Source of the DNA: Macrostomum lignano
Lineage: Eukaryota
Direction of reading: 5' to 3'
NCBI GenBank assembly: GCA_002269645.1
Contig: NIVC01001805.1
Location: 124,001-188,000 of the forward strand
Length of the DNA: 64,000 bases
A program made the translations under genes and the position numbers. The notes beneath the pieces are model-generated. The model searched no databases and was not told the DNA's origin. It saw only the letters and a program-made list of their open reading frames with translations. Of the stretch, positions 1-17,400 are shown piece after piece (the first letter of the stretch is position 1; every line of letters starts with the position of its first letter).

Positions 1-114
1 GCTGTAAGGATGTCAGCAAGTAAATTTGGTGCCTCGGTTTCTAGGAATTCATAATTGAGTCCAAGTTTTAACCCGTTTATCTCCATTCAAAATGGAATGC
101 CCCTCGATTCACCC

Positions 115-716
115 CACTAGAATGCCACCCATTCACACTAGAAAGCCACTCCATTCACGCGCGAGTACGACTTCATTCACGCTAGAATATACCACTCCAT
201 TCACGCTAGAGTATCACTTCATTCACGCTAGAATACCACTCCCTTCACGCTAGAATACCACTCCGTTCACGCTAGAATATACCACTCAATTCACGCTAGA
301 AAGCCACTCCATTCACGCTAGAATACCACTCAATTCACGCGAGAATACCACTCCGTTCACGCTAGAATACCACTCCATTCACGCTAGAATACCACTCCAT
401 TCACGCTGGAATACCACTCCGTTCACGCTAGAATACCACTCCATTTACGCTAGAATACCACTCCGTTCACGCTAGAATACCACCCCATTCACGCTAGAGT
501 ACCACTTCATTCACGCTAGAGTACCACTCCATTCACGCTAGAAAGTCACCCCATTCACGCTAGAAAGCCACTCCATTCACGCTAGAAAGCCACTCCATTC
601 ACGCTAGAAAGCCACTCCATTCACGCTAGAAAGCCACTCCATTCACGCTAGAAAGCCACTCCATTCACGCTAGAAAGCCACTCTATTCACGCTAGAAAGC
701 CACTCTATTCACGCTG
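115..716. repeat. 22-bp minisatellite (ATTCACGCTAGAATACCACTCC)n
   Basis: About 27 tandem units visible directly. Confidence 0.95.
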
Positions 717-1667
717 TAATGTATTGCCATCACTTAGCAAAATCTTTTGTAGTGCGCTCCGTGCTGTGGCAATTTTTATTATTTGAACGTATATTAACTG
801 ATGAGCAATTAAAAGCTTGCAATATTCATTTTACTATCACTAAAGTACAAAGTCAACATTTATCATCGCTGCTTTAATTGAAGCTGTCAAAGATTATTAT
901 GCAATCTGTTTATTTTTGAACCAACTTCAACTTTCCTGCATTCTTCTAACTTTAATTTTCAGTACTTATATAAGCTGCTGAATTCTGCTCCCGGGTGCTT
1001 CAGTATTGCAAACTGATGTTTTTAGCCATCAGAATGTGCTCAGCGAATGCATTTGCCAATGCCACACCTATTCAACTGTTTTTAACTTACCTTTTTTCAC
1101 AATCCAATTTTTATTCCCCAGAAACGATCTGTTTCCCATCAGCTAATGCAATTTTCTGTCAAATTGTGTTTCTTTAAAATTCCGTCTAGGCTTAATATCA
1201 ACCGCTTTTGTGTACATTTTTATTTTATTGCTGTTATGCTTGTCACCAGTTGTCCGCTGATCAACCGTCTATCGCCGCCAGGTGCTGAAGGCTCACACTG
1301 AACCAACGGGTAGAATTTCAACAATATCATTGCTGCTCATTAAATTCTTCTTCAACAATGATACCCTGGTAAGCTTGTATTTATTAGCAAACTATAGTTT
1401 GTGTCTGGAGTTGATTTCTTTCAATTTGCTTTTCCAAATAATGATTTATGGCTAGCTGGGGCCGGACTCGAATGATGACGGAAGCGATACTTTGAGGAGC
1501 GAATCGGTTGCCGTGCTGGACTCGAGCTGCTGCTACCTGTCTGTGTGTTCAGCTTTTGAGTCCGGCTTGGCGACCGCCTCCGATGCGATGCATCCGGTGA
1601 TTGGCGGTGACCGCCCACTGGCGCACCGTCCTGACTGCCGGCTCCTAGGATTGCGCTGGCTTGACCT

Positions 1668-2155
1668 GCCCAGATCCCCAGTTGCTGGGCCAGCCTCCCA
1701 GATCCCCAGTTGCTGGGCCAGCTTTCGGGATCCTCAGTTGCTGGGCCAGCTTTCGGGATCCTCAGTTGCTGGGCCAGTCTCCCAGAGTGTCAGTTGCTGG
1801 GCCAGCCTCCCAGAGTGTCAGTTGCTGGGCCAGCCTCTCAGAGTGTCAGTTGCTGGGCCAGCCTCCCAGAGTGTCAGTTTCTGGGCCAGCCTCACAGAGT
1901 GTCAGTTGCTGGGCCAGCCTCCCAGAATGTCAGTTTCTGGGCCAGCCTCCCAGAGTGTCAGTTGCTGGGCCAGCCTCTCAGAGTGTCAGTTGCTGGGCCA
2001 GCCTCCCAGAGTGTCAGTTGCTGGGCCAGTCTCCCAGAGTGTCAGTTGCTGGGCCAACCTCCCAGATCCTCAGTTGCTGGGCCAGCCTCCCATATCCTCA
2101 GTTGCTGGGCCAGTCTCCCAGTGTCAGTTGCTGGGCGAGCCTCCCAGATCCTCAG
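1668..2155. repeat. 27-bp minisatellite family A (GTTGCTGGGCCAGCCTCCCAGA[GTGT/TCCC/TCCT]CA), copy 1
   Basis: Tandem units just upstream of the CEP131 exon at 2281. Confidence 0.95.
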
Positions 2156-2280
2156 TTTTCCATATGATTCAGCACTCAGTCCTTCCAAACTGTTCCACAT
2201 AGCACAACAAAAGTGATATGGCCATGCTCAGCAGTGTACTCGCATGCAGCCATTATGATATAACTGCCCCCGCATTGCAG

Positions 2281-9491
<7,211 letters not shown>

Positions 9492-9563
9492 TTTGCACTT
9501 CTAGCTCGTACAATCTACCAATCCGTGTGTATATACAGCGCCCATGATTGGATATTGTACCGC

Positions 9564-9569
9564 AATAAA
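9564..9569 (+). terminator. Candidate polyadenylation signal of CEP131
   Basis: AATAAA 73 nt after the CEP131 stop codon. Confidence 0.6.
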
Positions 9570-10571
9570 ATTATTTTGCCTGTTGCATCCTCTTTGACCA
9601 TCAAAATTAGAAATCAAATGGTGGCTAGCCGAGTGACCAAGTTAAGCAGACTCGGCCGCGGTTAGTACGCTAACTGAATAGGCTGCTGCTTGTGTCGCGC
9701 CTTGAGACTCCATATGTTGATCAATAAAAGCAGCGCAAGCGAAGTCAAGAGCAGGCGCAGTCTGGCCATAGACTATAGAACTGCACCAGCTCCCAGTCTC
9801 GTTTTGAGCGTCCTTTTCCTATTTCGGCTGGCCAATTTACACGATTAGTTTTTGTCTATGGCCAAGACATGCATCTGCACGCCAGAGACTTCGCTAGCGC
9901 TGCCATTTAGACTATCAATTGCGATATTAGGCGATGTACTTTTCTGTTAATCCGTCCTCAAATCTGTTAGTTGCTAAAGTTTAATACGTCCCTTTTTAAA
10001 CTTTGCTTTCTTGATCACGCCGTCAAAGTGTTACGTAAAAAATGCTATTGTTATTAACTGTTACGCTTAATAAGCCAGCTGCCTGTTTCTATGCTGGCTG
10101 CTTGATGAGTTGCTTTCTGATTTATAAATTGTTAATGATTTCATACTGCATTCTTGTACGCGTCTTCTAACATTCAAGTCTGTCTATATTATATATTTAT
10201 TATGCATGCTATATCAGTTTATATCGATGCTGTGACACATTCCTATTTGCAGTTCGCAAACTTTTCTTGCACATTCCACACGGCTTTACTATTAGTAGCT
10301 TGTTGCAGGCGGCAAAACTTGTTACTTTTTTATTATTATTACTGGTTTTAAGCATTCGATTCTCCTGATAACAGCCTTCTTTGCCTAGCGCTACTGATTG
10401 GCACTTGCGAATGCAGAGAATGTACTCGTAATATAATAACTGCATTGGGCAGCAGCTTTGCTGTGATATGCGCCCAGACACTCCAACCTGCTTCTTTCTG
10501 TGTTAATCACTCTATCAAATTCAAATATTTGAGATTTTAAGTAGCTTAACTTGATCTTTTATGGTTACACC

Positions 10572-11188
10572 ATCCTCACAGTTGCCGGCCAGCCTCCCAG
10601 ATCCCCAGTTGCTGGGCCAGCCTCCCAGATCCTCAGTTAGTGGGCCAGCCTTCCAGAGTGTCAGTTGCTGGGCCAGCCTCTCAGATCCCCAGTTGCTGGG
10701 CCAGCCTCCCAGAGTGTCAGTTGCTGGGCCAGCCTCCCAGATCCCCAGTTGCTGGGCCAGCCTCCCAGATCCCCAGTTGCTGGGCCAGCCTCCCAGAGTG
10801 TCAGTTGCTGGGCCAGCCTCTCAGATCCCCAGTTGCTGGGCCAGCCTCCCAGATCCTCAGTTGGTGGGCCAGCCTCCCAGATCCTCAGTTGGTGGGCCAG
10901 CCTCCCAGAGTGTCAGTTGCTGGGCCAGCCTCCCAGATCCCCAGTTGCTGGGCCAGCCTCCCAGAGTGTCAGTTGCTGGGCCAGCCTCCCAGATCCTCAG
11001 TAGCTGGGCCAGCCTCCCAGATCCTCAGTTGCTGTGCCAGCCTCCCAGATCCTCAGTAGCTGGGCCAGCCTCCCAGATCCTCAGTTGCTGTGCCAGCCTC
11101 CCAGATCCTCAGTTTCTGGGCCAGCCTCCCAGATCCTCAGTTTCTGGGCCAGCCTCCCAGAGTGTCAGTGGCTTGGCCAGCCTCCCAG
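10572..11188. repeat. 27-bp minisatellite family A, copy 2 (upstream of the ADAP ATG)
   Basis: Same unit as 1668-2155. Confidence 0.95.
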
Positions 11189-11410
11189 AACTTTGTTTGA
11201 TAGGCTCAGCTCCCCATTCTTTGTTGCAGTAATAAAAAGAGTAATTCAGTTTTACGGTACCGATCTCTGCCTTGCATTTTGATTATATTTTCTCTTGCAC
11301 TCTCCAATTTAATGCCTAGAATCGAATATTTCTACTTTAAGTAGCCGCATACGCATCAGGTTGCGCGACGCTTCGGAATTCTAAATATTTACTGGAACAG
11401 CACGCAGCAA

Positions 11411-14400
11411 ATGGCCACAGCCGGTCCGATCTCGGCCATCCGCTCGTTGGCCGAGCGCCCAGAGAACAGCCGCTGCGCCGAGTGCCTGGCCTCGGGCACC
11501 ACCGTGGCCAGCTTGGACACTGGCGGCACCTTCGCCTGCAACGCCTGCGCCATCGCCTACCGGAAGGCCGGCCTGCGCACCAAGTCGATTGAGCGGGACC
11601 GCTGGCAGGAGGCTGAGGTGGCCGCTATGCAGGTTATTCACTGATGAGCTTTTGTATTAATTAGAGGCCTCTTCAGACTTTTAGCTGTAGGATGTGTCCT
11701 ATTTTTAACAATATAATTATCTTGTTAATTGCCCACAAATTTATCTCTTATTTACCTTTAAATTTGATCCTTAGTCACCTCAAGAATCGCCCCTAATCAC
11801 CTCCAGAATCGCCCCTCATCACCTCCAGAATCGCCCCTAATCACCTCCAGAATCGCCCCTCATCACCTCCAGAATCGCCCCTCATCACCTTAATAATCGC
11901 CCCTCAGCACCTCAAGAATCGCCCCTCATCACCTCCAGAATCGCCCCTCATCACCTCCAGAATCGCCCCTCATCACCTCCAGAATCGCCCCTCATCACCT
12001 CCAGAACCGCCCCTCATCACCTCCAGAATCACCCCTCATCACCTCCAGAATCGCCCCTCATCACCTCCAGAATCACCCCTCATCACCTCCAGAACCGCCC
12101 CTCATCACCTCCAGAATCGCCCCTCATCACCTCCAGAATCGCCCCTCATCACCTCCAGAATCACCCCTCATCACCTCCAGAACCGCCCCTCATCACCTCC
12201 AGAATCGCCCCTCATCACCTCCAGAATCGCCCCTCATCATCTCCAGAACCGCCCCTCATCACCTCCAGAATCGCCCCTCATCACCTTAATAATCGCCCCT
12301 CAGCACCTCAAGAATCGCCCTTAAATCACCTCGACAATCACTGTAATCTGTCTCAGGAAATCTCGAATCTCCTAAAGTATCACCCTTTAATCGTCCTGAA
12401 AATCGCTCCTAGACAGACCATCCCGATCCCCTACTTCCCCGTCCAGGGCAACCTCGCGGTGGCGCAGCAGCTGGAGCGCAACCTGCCCGCCTTCTACCGG
12501 CGGCCGCTGCCTCACGCCGACGCCGACGTCATCCGGCAGCAGTTCGTGCTGGCCAAGTACAAGCGGAAGGAGTTCACGGACCCCGCCATGCAGGTGAGCC
12601 GCGCTGCTGATGCAGGTGGACCGCATGATGATTACCGATTGGGATTTTCATGATTCCCGATAGGGATTTTCATGATTCCCGATAGGGATTTTCATGATTC
12701 CCGATAGGGATTTTCATGATTCCCGATAGGAATTTTCATGATTCCCGATAGGGATTTTCATGATTCCCGATAGGGATTTTCATGATTCCCGATAGGGATT
12801 TTCATGATTCCCGATAGGAATTTTCATGATTCCCGATAGGGATTTTCATGATTACCGATAGGAATTTTCATGATTCCCGATAGGGATTTTCATGATTCCC
12901 GATAGGGATTTTCATGATTCCCGATAGGGATTTTCATGATTCCCGATAGGGATTTTCATGATTACCGATAGGGATTTTCATGATTCCCGATAGGGATTTT
13001 CATGATTCCCGATAGGAATTTTCATGATTCCCGATAGGGATTTTCATGATTACCGATAGGAATTTTCATGATTACCGATGGGGATTTTCATGATTACCGA
13101 TTGGGATTTTGTAATCCCTCTTATCGAGTATATGGATTTTTTCTAAATTCTGCAGGTCGTGGTCAGAAAATCAGAGGATTAAAATAAACCAATTTGCATT
13201 CCAGGTGGCCTACCACAGACTCGGCGGCGGCGGGTTCTCAAAGGAGGGCGCCCTGATGAAGCGGCTGAAGGACTCTGACAAGTACCTGCCTAGGCATTTT
13301 GAGCTGTCAGAAAAGAATAATTATCTGCGGTATTTCGTTAAGGACGGACAGCGGGAGGCGAAGAACACGATTCCCATTGATCAGGTGAGCGGCTTCTCAT
13401 GCCGTGTCTTCTTGCCGCTCATGTCAGTATCCTTTTGTGAGATAAGGTCTGGTAATAAATTCCGTATTCAGTGAGCTTTCATAACCAGCAGCCTAGAAGA
13501 ATCGCCCCAATGAGCTTTCATAACCAGCAGCCTAGAAGAATCGCCCCAATGAGCTTTCATAACCAGCAGCCTAGAAGAATCGCCCCCCCCCAATGAGCTT
13601 TCATAACCAGCAGCCTAGAAGAATCGCCCCAATGAGCTTTCATAACCAGCAGCCTAGAAGAATCGCCCCAATCAACTTTCATAACCAGCAGCCTAGAAGA
13701 ATCGCCCCCCCCCAATGAGCTTTCATAACCAGCAGCCTAGAAGAATCGCCCCAATGAGCTTTCATAACCAGCAGCCTAGAAGAATCGCCCCAATCAACTT
13801 TCATAACCAGCAGCCTAGAAGAATCGCCCCCCCCAATGAGCTTTCATAACCAGCAGCCTAGAAGAATCGCCCCCCCCAATGAGCTTTCATAACCAGCAGC
13901 CTAGAAGAATCGCCCCAATAAACTTTCATAACCAGCAGCCTAGAAGAATAGCCCCCCCCCAATGAGCTTTCATAACCAGCAGCCTAGAAGAATCGCCCCC
14001 AATGAGCTTTCATAACCAGCAGCCTAGAATAATCGCCCCCCCAATGAGCTTTCATAACCAGCAGCCTAGAAGAATCGCCCCCCCCCAATGAGCTTTCATA
14101 ACCAGCAGCCTAGAAGAATCGCCCCCCCCCAATGAGCTTTCATAACCAGCAGCCTAGAAGAATCGCCCCCCCCCATATGAGCTTTCATAACCAGCAGCCT
14201 AGAAGAATCGCCCCCCCCCCCAATGAGCTTTCATAACCAGCAGCCTAGAAGAATCGCCCCCCCCCAATGAGCTTTCATAACCAGCAGCCTAGAAGAATCG
14301 CCCCAATAAACTTTCATAACCAGCAGCCTAGAAGAATCGCCACCCCCCCCCCCAATGAGCTTTCATAACCAGCAGCCTAGAAGAATCGCCCCCAATGAGC

Positions 14401-17400
14401 TTTCATAACCAGCAGCCTAGAAGAATCGCCCCCAATGAGCTTTCATAACCAGCAGCCTAGAAGAATCGCCCCCCCCCAATGAGCTTTCATAACCAGCAGC
14501 CTAGAAGAATCGCCCCCCCCCAATGAGCTTTCATAACCAGCAGCCTAGAAGAATCGCCCCCCCCCCCCAATGAGCTTTCATAACCAGCAGCCTAGAAGAA
14601 TCGCCCCAATAAACTTTCATAACCAGCAGCCTAGAAGAATCGCCCCCCCCCCCCAATGAGCTTTCATAACCAGCAGCCTAGAAGAATCGCCCCCCCCCAA
14701 TGAGCTTTCATAACCAGCAGCCTAGAAGAATCGCCCCCCCCCCAATGAGCTTTCATAACCAGCAGCCTAGAAGAATCGCCCCCCCCCAATGAGCTTTCAT
14801 AACCAGCAGCCTAGAAGAATCGCCCCCCCAATGAGATTTCATAACCAGCAGCCTAGAAGAATCGCCCCAATAAACTTTCATAACCAGCAGCCTAGAAGAA
14901 TCGCCCCAATAAACTTTCATAACCAGCAGCCTAGAAGAATCGCCCCCCCCCAATGAGCTTTCATAACCAGCAGCCTAGAAGAATCGCCCCCCCAATGAGC
15001 TTTCATAACCAGCAGCCTAGAAGAATCGCCCCCCCCAATGAGCTTTCATAACCAGCAGCCTAGAAGAATCGCCCCCCCCCAATGAGCTTTCATAACCAGC
15101 AGCCTAGAAGAATCGCCCCCCCCAATGAGCTTTCATAACCAGCAGCCTAGAAGAATCTTCCCCCCCCAATGAGCTTTCATAACCAGCAGCCTAGAAGAAT
15201 CGCCCCCCAATGAGCTTTCATAACCAGCAGCCTAGAAGAATCGCCCCCAATGAACTCCCATAACCAGCAGCCTAGAAGAATCGCCCCCCCCCCAATGAGC
15301 TTTCATAACCAGCAGCCTAGAAGAATCGCCCCCCCAATGAGCTTTCATAACCAGCAGCCTAGAAGAATCGCCCCCCCCCCAATGAGCTTTCATAACCAGC
15401 AGCCTAGAAGAATCGCCCCCCAATGAGCTTTCATAACCAGCAGCCTAGAAGAATCGCCCCCAATGAGCTTTCATAACCAGCAGCCTAGAAGAATCGCCCC
15501 CCCCCAATGAGCTTTCATAACCAGCAGCCTAGAAGAATCGCCCCCCCCCCAATGAGCTTTCATAACCAGCAGCCTAGAAGAATCGCCCCCCCCAATGAGC
15601 TTTCATAACCAGCAGCCTAGAAGAATCGCCCCAATAAACTTTCATAACCAGCAGCCTAGAAGAATCGCCCCCCCCAATGAGCTTTCATAACCAGCAGCCT
15701 AGAAGAATCGCCCCCCCCCCCAATGAGCTTTCATAACCAGCAGCCTAGAAGAATCGCCCCCCCAATGAGCTTTCATAACCAGCAGCCTAGAAGAATCGCC
15801 CCCCCCCCAATGAGCTTTCATAACCAGCAGCCTAGAAGAATCGCCCCCCCAATGAGATTTCATAACCAGCAGCCTAGAAGAATCGCCCCAATAAACTTTC
15901 ATAACCAGCAGCCTAGAAGAATCGCCCCAATAAACTTTCATAACCAGCAGCCTAGAAGAATCGCCCCCCCCAATGAGCTTTCATAACCAGCAGCCTAGAA
16001 GAATCGCCCCCCCCCAATGAGCTTTCATAACCAGCAGCCTAGAAGAATCGCCCCCCCCCCCAATGAGCTTTCATAACCAGCAGCCTAGAAGAATCGCCCC
16101 AATAAACTTTCATAACCAGCAGCCTAGAAGAATCGCCACCCCCCCCCCAATGAGCTTTCATAACCAGCAGCCTAGAAGAATCGCCCCCCCCCAATGAGCT
16201 TTCATAACCAGCAGCCTAGAAGAATCGCCCCCCCCCCAATGAGCTTTCATAACCAGCAGCCTAGAAGAATCGCCCCCCCCCCAATGAGCTTTCATAACCA
16301 GCAGCCTAGAAGAATCGCCCCCCCCCCAATGAGCTTTCATAACCAGCAGCCTAGAAGAATCGCCCCCCCCCAATGAGCTTTCATAACCAGCAGCCTAGAA
16401 GAATCGCCCCCCCCAATGAGCTTTCATAACCAGCAGCCTAGAAGAATCGCCCCCCCCCAATGAGCTTTCATAACCAGCAGCCTAGAAGAATCGCCCCCCC
16501 CCAATGAGCTTTCATAACCAGCAGCCTAGAAGAATCGCCCCCCCCCAATGAGCTTTCATAACCAGCAGCCTAGAAGAATCGCCCCCCCCAATGAGCTTTC
16601 ATAACCAGCAGCCTAGAAGAATCGCCCCCCCAATGAGCTTTCATAACCAGCAGCCTAGAAGAATCGCCCCCAATGAGCTTTCATAACCAGCAGCCTAGAA
16701 GAATCGCCCCCCCCCAATGAGCTTTCATAACCAGCAGCCTAGAAGAATCGCCCCCCCCCAATGAGCTTTCATAACCAGCAGCCTAGAAGAATCGCCCCCC
16801 CCCAATGAGCTTTCATAACCAGCAGCCTAGAAGAATCGCCCCCCCAATGAGCTTTCATAACCAGCAGCCTAGAAGAATCGCCCCCAATGAGCTTTCATAA
16901 CCAGCAGCCTAGAAGAATCGCCCCCCCCAATGAGCTTTCATAACCAGCAGCCTAGAAGAATCGCCCCCCCCAATGAGCTTTCATAACCAGCAGCCTAGAA
17001 GAATCGCCCCCCCCCAATGAGCTTTCATAACCAGCAGCCTAGAAGAATCGCCCCAATAAACTTTCATAACCAGCAGCCTAGAAGAATCGCCCCCCCCCAA
17101 TGAGCTTTCATAACCAGCAGCCTAGAAGAATCGCCCCCCCCAATGAGCTTTCATAACCAGCAGCCTAGAAGAATCGCCCCCCCCCCAATGAGCTTTCATA
17201 ACCAGCAGCCTAGAAGAATCGCCCCCCCCAATGAGCTTTCATAACCAGCAGCCTAGAAGAATCGCCCCCCCAATGAGATTTCATAACCAGCAGCCTAGAA
17301 GAATCGCCCCAATAAACTTTCATAACCAGCAGCCTAGAAGAATCGCCCCAATAAACTTTCATAACCAGCAGCCTAGAAGAATCGCCCCCCCCAATGAGCT

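Noticed and set aside
1421-1650. GC-rich exon-like segment (minus-strand S/R/P-rich ORF 1421-1618; plus-strand frame after a TAG at 1455)
   Set aside because: No recognisable homology or consistent splice partners; it may be the CEP131 5' UTR or first exon, so no CDS was called.
1492-2216. Long overlapping ORFs (236, 168 and 168 aa) with VSVAGPASQ repeats; likewise 10561-11282 and 51516-53126
   Set aside because: They are translations of the 27-bp intronic minisatellite, which is stop-free in several frames; no protein features.
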